Part shown: positions 5,364 through 12,789 of the stretch, piece by piece
Position numbering within the stretch: position 1 is the first letter of the stretch
Layout: every line of letters begins with the position of its first letter
Translations under genes and position numbers: made by a program
The notes under the pieces: generated by a model
Seen by the model: the letters and a program-made list of their open reading frames with translations, nothing else
The model's database searches: none
Told to the model about the DNA's origin: nothing
Source of the DNA: Pseudomonadota bacterium
GTDB lineage: Bacteria; Bdellovibrionota_G; JALEGL01; DATDPG01
NCBI GenBank assembly: GCA_043804515.1
Contig: JAZDIZ010000032.1
Span: 1 to 12,985 of the forward strand
Length of the DNA stretch: 12,985 nucleotides
Reading direction: 5' to 3'

Positions 5364-6799
5364 TATCTCGGCAGGAGAATGAATACGGTGGTGCCCCCGC
5401 CGGGCGCGGATTCCACACGTACCTCCCCTCCATGAGCGTTGACGATCTTGCGCGCGAACGAAAGTCCCAACCCCGTGCCTCCTTCTTTGGTGGTGAAAAA
5501 CGGGTCGAAGACTTTTTCCAGAATTTCCGGCGGGACTCCCACGCCGTCGTCGGAAACGCGCAGCTCCACGTTGCCGTTCTCGGCCGCGGCCCCGATTTCC
5601 ACCTTTCCTCCGTCCCGGACGGCCTGAAGACTGTTCCGGATCAGGTTCAGGAAGACCCTGCGCATCTGGTCCACGTCGAACTCCGCGTCCTTGACGCCGT
5701 TCGCCGTGACGGAGAAGCGGATCGACCTTTTCTCGATCTCTTTCTGGAACGCCACGCTCAGGTCCTTGAAGAACTCCTCGAGGGATACGCGCGAAACCTG
5801 AAGCGTGGAATGGCGCGCGAAATCCAGGAATTCCTCGACGAGGTTCTTGAGCACCTTGATCTCGTTCTGGATCCGGGCCACGGCCTTTCGGGATTCGATG
5901 TCCTTGACCTCCTCCTCCAGCATCCCGGCGAAGAGCTCGATCCCTCCGAGCGGGTTGCGGACCTCGTGGGCGATCCCCCTGAGCATCATCTGAAGTTCCC
6001 GGTCGCGGGAGACGATGTTCTTGCGCATCTCATCCATCACGAACCCAAGGAACCCGATCTCGTTCTGCGTCTCGATCGAGACGGATTCCTTCAGGTCCCC
6101 GCTCCCGATCCGTTCGGCCGCCGCGACGAGGTGCTGTACGGGGACCACGATCTTTCGGGAGATGATCACACTCACGAGCACGATCACGAAGATGCAGGCG
6201 AACCCGAAATAGGCCAGGCGCCTTCCCAGACGGTGCAGGTTCTGGAAGAACGTGGCGCTGGCATCGACGCCCACGAACGCGACGGCCCGATCCCCGTCCA
6301 TGACGGGAACGAAAGCGCTCTTGTAGAAGAGGCCGTCATTCCCCTGGAACAGGACCGACGCGGCCGGTTTCCCGGCCGCCGCCTGCTCGATTTCGGCCGT
6401 GTTGAGGCGGTTTCGCTCCAGTGTGGAACCCAAGGGGACGTTCGGGGCGGTGTCGAGGAGGCTTTCGTTCTTCGGGTTGAAGACGTAGATCCGGGCGGCC
6501 TGATTCTCCAGAAGGATCCGTTTGAAACGCTCCAGGAGGGATTGGTACGTGAGATTCGCGGGATCCCGAAGCTCCAACGCGGCCACTTGATACGGGCGGA
6601 TTTGGTACGAGGCGGCCAGGGAAACTGAAATCAGGCGCTGGCCCATTTCCTCGTCCAGCCCCCGCTTGGCCGAAAGATAGAAAAAAGCGCCCGAAGCCAG
6701 GAGGATGACCAGAATCGGCGTCAAATAATACGTGAGCAGGACGTTCCGGATCTTGTGTCCGTACCTCAAGCTGGCCCAGCGCTTTTTGGCGGGTTTCAC
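5363..6799 (-). CDS. Membrane sensor histidine kinase (2 TM, extracytoplasmic Cache-like domain, HAMP, HisKA, HATPase)
   Basis: TM1 and TM2 flank ~150 aa; HAMP (PVQHLVAAAERIGSGDL…NEIGFL); H-box AHEVRNPL; N-box NLIRNSLQA; G1 DDGVG; F-box FDPFFTTK; G2 GTGLGL. Its stop overlaps the regulator start (TAATG). Confidence 0.96.
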   Translation of the reverse strand: MKPAKKRWASLRYGHKIRNVLLTYYLTPILVILLASGAFFYLSAKRGLDEEMGQRLISVSLAASYQIRPYQVAALELRDPANLTYQSLLERFKRILLENQAARIYVFNPKNESLLDTAPNVPLGSTLERNRLNTAEIEQAAAGKPAASVLFQGNDGLFYKSAFVPVMDGDRAVAFVGVDASATFFQNLHRLGRRLAYFGFACIFVIVLVSVIISRKIVVPVQHLVAAAERIGSGDLKESVSIETQNEIGFLGFVMDEMRKNIVSRDRELQMMLRGIAHEVRNPLGGIELFAGMLEEEVKDIESRKAVARIQNEIKVLKNLVEEFLDFARHSTLQVSRVSLEEFFKDLSVAFQKEIEKRSIRFSVTANGVKDAEFDVDQMRRVFLNLIRNSLQAVRDGGKVEIGAAAENGNVELRVSDDGVGVPPEILEKVFDPFFTTKEGGTGLGLSFARKIVNAHGGEVRVESAPGGGTTVFILLPR

Positions 6800-7164
6800 G
6801 GCATCGAATCCTGGATCACGTCCTCGAAGTGGTCAACGTAAAGCCGCCCGCCGCTTTCCCGGATCGAGATCAGATCGAAGCGGGCGTTGCGGGGCCGTTC
6901 GAGGCGGGCCAGATAGCCGCGGCCCAACGCAAGCAACTTCCTCCTCTTTCGGGTGTCCAGATGGAGGTGAGGAGCGAAAGGATCCCCGGAACGGCCCGCC
7001 TTCACTTCCACGAAAACCAACGATTTTCCGGAACGTGCCACCAGATCGATCTCACCCAGTTTGGAGCGCACGTTCCGTTCCAAGATCGTAAACCCCTTCC
7101 CCTCGAGATACCGAGCCGCTTCTTTCTCGGCCCGCGTTCCCAAGTCTTTTCGCGTGTCGGTCAT
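6796..7164 (-). CDS. yraN: YraN/UPF0102 family PD-(D/E)XK putative endonuclease (122 aa)
   Basis: GTRAEKEAARYLEGKGFTILERN…GEIDLVA…LVFVEVK…RFDLI signature. ATG at 7164 overlaps the rnhB stop (ATGA). Confidence 0.92.
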   Translation of the reverse strand: MTDTRKDLGTRAEKEAARYLEGKGFTILERNVRSKLGEIDLVARSGKSLVFVEVKAGRSGDPFAPHLHLDTRKRRKLLALGRGYLARLERPRNARFDLISIRESGGRLYVDHFEDVIQDSMP

Positions 7165-7802
7165 GGCGTTGCGGGGAGGCCCAGGTCGAAGGAGAGGCGG
7201 TGGGCCGGGCACGGGCCGATTTCCTTCAGAACCCGGCGGTGCAGATCGGTGCCGTATCCCTTGTGGTCGGCGAAGCCGTACGCCGGATACAAATGATGCA
7301 GCTCCACCATCAGATGGTCCCGGGTCACTTTGGCCATGATGGAGGCCGCGCCGATCGATATCACCCGGTCGTCCCCTTTCACGATGAGGCGCTGGGGAAT
7401 GCCCACCTGGACGTGCACGTTTCCGTCGATGAGGCAGATCTCGGGAGCGGGATCGAGCGCCTCGATGGCGATCTTCATGGCCTTCAGGGCGGCTTCCAAA
7501 ATATTGATCCGGTCGATCTCTTCCGACTCCACGACCCCGATCCCGACCGCCAAAGCCGTTTCCTCGATCAGCGGACAGAGTTCCTCCCGCGCCTCGGGCG
7601 TCAGCTTCTTGGAATCCCTGATCCGGTCCGCCAGTTTCCCGATCCGGTGCGGAAAGACCACCGCCGCGGCCACGACGGGACCGGCGAAGGCCCCGCGCCC
7701 CACTTCATCCACTCCCGCCACGCGGGAAAATCCGGACCGCCAGAGATCTTTTTCCAGGCCGAGAGGGGCATCATCGAAGGGGAAAAGTTCGTCGTGTGTC
7801 AT
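7161..7802 (-). CDS. rnhB: Ribonuclease HII (213 aa)
   Basis: AGVDEVGRGAFAGPVVAAAV, DSKKL, LIDGN, VKGD, AASIMAKVTRD and YGFADHKGYGT motifs. ATG at 7802 overlaps the aspS stop (ATGA). Confidence 0.96.
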   Translation of the reverse strand: MTHDELFPFDDAPLGLEKDLWRSGFSRVAGVDEVGRGAFAGPVVAAAVVFPHRIGKLADRIRDSKKLTPEAREELCPLIEETALAVGIGVVESEEIDRINILEAALKAMKIAIEALDPAPEICLIDGNVHVQVGIPQRLIVKGDDRVISIGAASIMAKVTRDHLMVELHHLYPAYGFADHKGYGTDLHRRVLKEIGPCPAHRLSFDLGLPATP

Positions 7803-9577
7803 GTGTGAGGCCTCCGGAGGGAAAGTCCGAGTTCCTCCAATTGCTTCGGGTCCACCTCGCTGGGGGCCTCGGCCATGAGGTCTGCGGCGTTCTGCGTTTT
7901 CGGGAAGGCGATCACGTCCCGGATCGCGTCGGTTCCGCAAAGGATCATGGAAATGCGGTCCAGGCCGAACGCGATGCCCCCGTGCGGAGGCGTGCCGTAC
8001 TCCAGCGCCTCGATGAAGAATCCGAACTTGCGCTTGGCTTCCTCGCGCGAAAGCCCGAGGCGGTCGAAAATTTTCTGTTGGAGTTCGGGGCGGTGGATCC
8101 GGATCGAGCCTCCGCCGATTTCATAGCCGTTCAAAACCAGATCGTAGGCCTGAGCACGGATCCGGCCCAAGTTCTGGGTCTGATCCAGAAGCGGAATGTC
8201 GTCGGTGTGGGGGCTCGTGAACGGGTGGTGCACGGAAAAATACCGCTCCTCCGCGTTGTCCCATTCGAACAGCGGAAACTCATCCACCCAGACGAAGGCG
8301 AATTTGCGGCCGGGGGGAACCCGCATTTTTTTGAGGACGTGGACGCGAAGGGAGCTGAGCGCCGTCCGTGCGACGGCGGGCTGGTCGGCCACCAGGAGCG
8401 CCAGGTCCCCCGGTTGAAGCTCCAAGACCTTGGCGACCGCGGCGAGATCCTCGGGCGAAATGACCTTGTCGATGGAAGAGGTGCGTTTTCCTTCCGCTTC
8501 GCGGATCCAAACAAGCCCTTTCGCCCCGAACTCCTTGGCCTTCTCGACCAAGCCGTCGATCTGGCTCCGGGAAAGCTCATTCCCCTTGGGGAGGCGCAGG
8601 CCCCTGACCTCGCCCCCGGCTGCAACGGCGTCGCGAAACACGCGGAACGTGGATTCGCGCACAGCGGAGGAAACATCCCGGAGTTCGATCGGCCAGCGGA
8701 GATCGGGTTTGTCTGTGGCGTATCGTGCCACGGCGTCGGCGTATGAAAGGCGCGGGAAAGGTGTTTCGATTTTTTCACCCGCCACCGATTCGAAGACGGC
8801 CGCCATCAATTCCTCGATGAGCGAATAGATCGCCTTCGGCGTCGCAAAACTCATCTCCATGTCGAGTTGCGTGAACTCGGGCTGCCGGTCGGCGCGAAGA
8901 TCCTCGTCGCGGAAGCAGCGAACGATCTGGTAGTAGCGATCCAGTCCCGCCATCATCAGGAGCTGCTTGAAGAGCTGTGGGGATTGGGGAAGGGCGTAGA
9001 AATGGCCGGGCTTCAGGCGGCTGGGAACCAGGTAATCGCGGGCACCCTCGGGCGTGGACTTCGTGAGAAACGGCGTTTCCACGTCCACAAATCCGGCGCC
9101 GTCAAGATGCCGGCGGATGGCCTGCGTGACTCGGTGGCGGACCAAAAGATTTCTCTGCAGCGCCGGGCGGCGCAGATCCAGATACCGGTATTTGAGGCGC
9201 AGCACGTCGGAGACCTCGGCTTTGTCGTCGAGCTCGAAGGGGAGGGTGCGGGCCTCGGACAGGATTTCGAGGGATGAAGCGATCACTTCGATCTCGCCGG
9301 TCGGGAGCTTGGCGTTCCTCATGCCCTGCGGGCGCGGCGTGACGTGGCCCGTGACCTCGATCACGAATTCGGATCTCAATTTCTCGGCCGTCTTGCAGGC
9401 GTCCGGAGCCGTTTCGGGCCGGAACACCACTTGCGTAAGGCCGTACCGGTCGCGCAGATCCACGAAGACGACGCCGCCCAAGTCCCTCCGCCGGTTCACC
9501 CATCCTTTGAGGTGCACTTCCTTTCCCTCGTCGGCGAGCCTCAAATCGCCGCAGGTATGCGTCCGCTCCCGGCTCAT
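7799..9577 (-). CDS. aspS: Aspartate--tRNA ligase, bacterial type with GAD insertion (592 aa)
   Basis: RTHTCG…GWVNRRRDLGG..FVDLRD OB-fold; TPEGARDYLVPSR; ALPQSPQLFKQLLM; motif 2 CFRDEDLRADRQPEFTQLD; HHPFT; motif 3 PPHGGIAFGLDR. Confidence 0.98.
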   Translation of the reverse strand: MSRERTHTCGDLRLADEGKEVHLKGWVNRRRDLGGVVFVDLRDRYGLTQVVFRPETAPDACKTAEKLRSEFVIEVTGHVTPRPQGMRNAKLPTGEIEVIASSLEILSEARTLPFELDDKAEVSDVLRLKYRYLDLRRPALQRNLLVRHRVTQAIRRHLDGAGFVDVETPFLTKSTPEGARDYLVPSRLKPGHFYALPQSPQLFKQLLMMAGLDRYYQIVRCFRDEDLRADRQPEFTQLDMEMSFATPKAIYSLIEELMAAVFESVAGEKIETPFPRLSYADAVARYATDKPDLRWPIELRDVSSAVRESTFRVFRDAVAAGGEVRGLRLPKGNELSRSQIDGLVEKAKEFGAKGLVWIREAEGKRTSSIDKVISPEDLAAVAKVLELQPGDLALLVADQPAVARTALSSLRVHVLKKMRVPPGRKFAFVWVDEFPLFEWDNAEERYFSVHHPFTSPHTDDIPLLDQTQNLGRIRAQAYDLVLNGYEIGGGSIRIHRPELQQKIFDRLGLSREEAKRKFGFFIEALEYGTPPHGGIAFGLDRISMILCGTDAIRDVIAFPKTQNAADLMAEAPSEVDPKQLEELGLSLRRPHT

Positions 9578-10842
9578 TATTTCAACAGACCCGCGAAATG
9601 GCGGGCCAGCTCCTCAAAGGGGACGTCGGTTTGGGCATGTTGGGCCAGATTCTTCACCGTTGCGCGGTTCTTGGCCAGTTCGTCGCTCCCGATCAGGACG
9701 GCGAATGCCGCACCGTCCTTGTTGGCCCGGCGCAGCGCGCTCTTGAGGCTTTGGGACCCCGGCGCCAGGTCCACGGCGGCGTGGATTCGGGCGTGTGCCA
9801 GCTCCTCCCGGATTCGGACGGCCTGGCGGAGCGTCTCCGGCCCCGCTTCCGGCGTGAGACCGATCACCTCGATCCGTGGGGGCTTCCGGGCCTCGATGTT
9901 CCGGCCGGAAAGGAGCAAACGCTCCAATCCCATGGCGAAACCGATTCCGGGCGTGGGCCTTCCTCCCAGCTCCTCGCAGAGGCCGTCGTACCGGCCGCCG
10001 GCCAACACCGCGTTCTGGGAACCCAGACCGCCGCCCACGACCTCGAACGCCGTGCGCGTGTAATAGTCCAGGCCGCGGACGATCCTGGGGTTCACCGTTG
10101 CAGCCACGCCTGCGTGAGATAAGAGATTTTGAACTTTTTCAAAATGCTCCTTACACGCCGCGCAGAGGTGATCCAACATCTTGGGGGCTTTGGCCACGGC
10201 GGCCGAGCAGCCTTCGCTCTTGCAATCCAGGACGCGCATCGGGTTCACGTCGATCCGCCGGCGGCAGTTCTCGCACAGCTCCTGTTCGTGCTTGTGGAGA
10301 AACTCCGTGAGGCGGGCGCGGTACGCGGGGCGGCAGTTTTGGTCTCCCACGCTGTTGAGTTCCAGCGAGGCTTGCGGCACGTCGAACTCGTGCATAAGAG
10401 CCATTCCGAGGGCCAGGACCTCGGCATCCGAAGATGGGGCCGGATCGCCGATGAGTTCCACGCCCATCTGCGAGAACTGGCGAAACCGGCCTTTCTGGGG
10501 CCGCTCGTGGCGGAACATCGGCCCCAAATAGTAGAGCTTGAGAACGTCGTTGCCGTGCTCGAGATGGCTTTCGATATACGCGCGCACGACCGAGGCCGTG
10601 CCCTCGGGCCGGAGCGAAATCAGCTCCCCGTCCCGGTCGGTGAACGTGTACATCTCCTTCTCCACGACGTCCGTGGTCGAGCCGATCGATCGGGCGAAAA
10701 GATCGGCTTTTTCCAGGAAAGGAGTGCGGATCTCGTCGTAACCGTGGAGCGTCAGAAGCCGCCGGAGCCGGTCCTCCATCGCGTTCCAACGATCCGTCTC
10801 CGGAGGCAGGATGTCGGGCATTCCCTTCAAGGATTTAAACAT
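9577..10842 (-). CDS. hisS: Histidine--tRNA ligase (421 aa)
   Basis: KGMPDILP, KEMYTF, LRPEGTA, FRHERPQKGRFRQF, VRGLDYYT, GGRYDGL and GFAMGLER motifs. ATG at 10842 with AGGAGGAG at 10850-10857. Confidence 0.98.
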   Translation of the reverse strand: MFKSLKGMPDILPPETDRWNAMEDRLRRLLTLHGYDEIRTPFLEKADLFARSIGSTTDVVEKEMYTFTDRDGELISLRPEGTASVVRAYIESHLEHGNDVLKLYYLGPMFRHERPQKGRFRQFSQMGVELIGDPAPSSDAEVLALGMALMHEFDVPQASLELNSVGDQNCRPAYRARLTEFLHKHEQELCENCRRRIDVNPMRVLDCKSEGCSAAVAKAPKMLDHLCAACKEHFEKVQNLLSHAGVAATVNPRIVRGLDYYTRTAFEVVGGGLGSQNAVLAGGRYDGLCEELGGRPTPGIGFAMGLERLLLSGRNIEARKPPRIEVIGLTPEAGPETLRQAVRIREELAHARIHAAVDLAPGSQSLKSALRRANKDGAAFAVLIGSDELAKNRATVKNLAQHAQTDVPFEELARHFAGLLK

Positions 10843-11518
10843 AGAGCGGCTCCTCCTGGACGTTGACGGGCGCGATGCCGAACACGGAAGAAAAGGCCTC
10901 CACGAAAACCTGCGCGGCCTGATCCAGCGAGACGTCCTTTCCCTCACTCCGGATCGACGTCATCCGGACGCCCGCGATCCCGCAGGGCGTGATGACGTCG
11001 AAATGGGAAAGGTCGGTGAGGACGTTCAGCGCGAGGCCGTGGATGCTGATTTGCCTGCGCACGTGGATCCCGATCGAGCCGATTTTCTTGGGCCCCACCC
11101 AGACGCCGGGGGAGCCTTCTTTCCTCGATCCTTCGATGCCAAACCGGGCCAGCATTAGGATCATGGTTTCTTCGAGGGCGTGGATGTATGCCTTGACGCC
11201 CATTTTGAACATCTTGAGGTCCACCACCGGGTACGCCACGAGCTGCCCGGGCCCGTGGTACGTCACCATCCCGCCCCGGTTCGTCTCCACGACGTCGAAG
11301 CCCCGCGCTTTGAGCGTGTCGTGATCGAACAAGACGTTCGTCCCCGGCTCGCCCCGCCCGACGGAGATTGTGGGAGGATGTTCCACGAGAAGAAGGTGCC
11401 CCTTCAATTTTCCTTCCTGGATTCCGCTGCGGATCTTCTCTTGCAGGTCCCAGACCTTAAGGTAAGGCCTTTGGCCGAGATACGTCCACGGGAGCGGTTT
11501 TACTGCCAAAGCTTCCAT
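10835..11518 (-). CDS. lipB: Octanoyltransferase LipB (~227 aa)
   Basis: LLVEHPPTISVG, RGGMVTYHGPGQLVAYP, KIGSIG, HGLALNV and PCG (catalytic Cys) motifs. Start placed at ATG 11518; the exact start is uncertain. Confidence 0.95.
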   Translation of the reverse strand: MEALAVKPLPWTYLGQRPYLKVWDLQEKIRSGIQEGKLKGHLLLVEHPPTISVGRGEPGTNVLFDHDTLKARGFDVVETNRGGMVTYHGPGQLVAYPVVDLKMFKMGVKAYIHALEETMILMLARFGIEGSRKEGSPGVWVGPKKIGSIGIHVRRQISIHGLALNVLTDLSHFDVITPCGIAGVRMTSIRSEGKDVSLDQAAQVFVEAFSSVFGIAPVNVQEEPLYV

Positions 11519-12102
11519 TCGTTTTTTTCCAGGACGAACTGCAGGACCTGGGATTCCCCGATCAAGCCGTGCGTCCAGTTCACTTCCATCATCGCGCGGT
11601 CTCCTTGGTACACCGGCTCCGCCGGCGAGAACAGCGTCTCGACGGTCACCTCCTTCATTTTTTGGAACGTCTCTTTCGGGATTTTCTTGAGCTCTTTCGC
11701 CTTCTCTTTCTGTTTGGAGGAGACGTAGCACTTCACTATTTGGTCGATGTCCCCCTTGACGGCGGCCGTCTTCCACATTTCGAATGTCAGGCGCGGGGTT
11801 GCGAAGGGTGAAGAGGGCTTCGCCGTTTCCGTAAGCAGGTTCGGCGTTGCGCCAGCGGGTTTTGCGGACTTCGACACGGGAAACGGCGTGTAGTCGATCG
11901 AGAGGATCTGCTCCTTGGCGATTTTCCGCTCCGGCCCTTCACGGGTCGTCACCGCGTAAACCCCGTCGGCAACGCCTTTGATGGTGCCTTCCAGAACTTC
12001 CCCGCTTTTGAGCCGCAAGGTTTCCGCGGACGCCGAAGAGAGCCAAAAAAGGAGGGGGGCTAAAGCAAAAAACACAATCGTTACGGGATGTTGGGTTTTC
12101 AC
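11500..12102 (-). CDS. Secreted two-domain hypothetical protein (200 aa)
   Basis: GTG start; signal peptide ending ASA|E; small beta-rich domain (TLRLKSGEVLEGTI…IAKEQILSIDY); Pro/Ala/Lys linker; C-terminal domain with an NTF2-like pattern (TP..TF..WK.A..KGD…FVLEKNEWKL). Confidence 0.75.
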   Translation of the reverse strand: MKTQHPVTIVFFALAPLLFWLSSASAETLRLKSGEVLEGTIKGVADGVYAVTTREGPERKIAKEQILSIDYTPFPVSKSAKPAGATPNLLTETAKPSSPFATPRLTFEMWKTAAVKGDIDQIVKCYVSSKQKEKAKELKKIPKETFQKMKEVTVETLFSPAEPVYQGDRAMMEVNWTHGLIGESQVLQFVLEKNEWKLWQ

Positions 12103-12110
12103 GGCTTTGG

Positions 12111-12139
12111 ACTGTAAACCACGAGCAGCACGGATTCAA
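12111..12139 (-). promoter_or_regulatory. Candidate sigma-70 promoter for the long minus-strand operon
   Basis: TTGAAT (12139-12134), 17-nt spacer, TACAGT (12116-12111). The -10 ends 8 nt before the GTG at 12102. Confidence 0.5.
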
Positions 12140-12150
12140 AGGGTTTGAAT
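12134..12150. promoter_or_regulatory. Perfect palindrome between the divergent genes, candidate operator
   Basis: ATTCAAA-GGG-TTTGAAT (7-3-7). Confidence 0.5.
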
Positions 12151-12179
12151 TTGCCCCATTGCGAGACTCCTGGCATTTT
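12151..12179 (+). promoter_or_regulatory. Candidate sigma-70 promoter for bioY
   Basis: TTGCCC (12151-12156), 17-nt spacer, extended -10 TG-g-CATTTT (12171-12179). The ATG lies 6 nt downstream. Confidence 0.4.
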
Positions 12180-12185
12180 GAGGCC

Positions 12186-12752
12186 ATGAATTTTTCCTCC
12201 CCGACAGACGTTCAGGTTATTGGCACACAGAACCGGGCTCTAGTCCGCGTGATGTGGGTCTCTTTTTTTGCGATCCTGACGGCCGCGGGAGCGTGGGTCC
12301 GGATCCCGCTTCCGTTCACACCTGTCCCCATCACACTTCAAACCCTGGTGGTTCTCGCAAGCGGCGTTGTTTTGGGAAGAGACGGGCTCTACTCGCAGGT
12401 TCTTTATTTGATTCTGGGCGGAATCGGCTTGCCGCTCTTCGCGAACGGGGCCGGGAACTTTCCCTATTTGTTCAGCGCCACCGGGGGCTATTTGGTCGGC
12501 TTTGTGGCCGCCTCGGCCGTGGCCGGGAAATGGCTGCACCCGATGTGGGATTCTTTGAGCATTTGGGGGAGGGCTTGGAGGCTCGTCGCCGTCCAGCTCT
12601 TCATCTTCATCCCGGGCGTTCTGCAACTGGGGCTGGTTTTGGGAATCACGCCCGCGAAGGCGGTTCTTCTGGGCTTCGTGCCTTTCTTGATCGGGGACAC
12701 GATCAAGACGTTTGTTGCGGCGGCGATTCCCGCGCGGTTGATACGCAAGTAG
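12186..12752 (+). CDS. bioY: Biotin transporter BioY (ECF S-component, ~188 aa)
   Basis: IPLPFTPVPITLQTL, YLILGGIGLPLFA, TGGYLVGF and PFLIGDTIK BioY signatures; about six hydrophobic helices. Start placed at ATG 12186. Confidence 0.95.
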   Translation: MNFSSPTDVQVIGTQNRALVRVMWVSFFAILTAAGAWVRIPLPFTPVPITLQTLVVLASGVVLGRDGLYSQVLYLILGGIGLPLFANGAGNFPYLFSATGGYLVGFVAASAVAGKWLHPMWDSLSIWGRAWRLVAVQLFIFIPGVLQLGLVLGITPAKAVLLGFVPFLIGDTIKTFVAAAIPARLIRK

Positions 12753-12789
12753 CAGGCAGCGCAACCGCTGAAAGCCAAGGATCAATCCT

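Noticed and set aside
6796..7802. yraN nuclease plus RNase HII as a defence system
   Set aside because: rnhB-yraN is a widespread housekeeping gene pair, and no defence-associated genes are present in the window.
7165..11776. Upstream extensions of yraN (to 7212), rnhB (to 7940), hisS (to 10947) and lipB (to 11776)
   Set aside because: They overlap upstream genes extensively. Coupled or SD-supported downstream starts match family N-termini better.
1521..11811. Many long plus-strand ORFs (e.g. 5432-6628, 7796-8746, 9344-10063, 10129-10866, 1521-2156) and alternate-frame minus-strand ORFs
   Set aside because: They are antisense or frame-shifted shadows of clearly identified genes, as expected in GC-rich DNA. 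No recognisable motifs.
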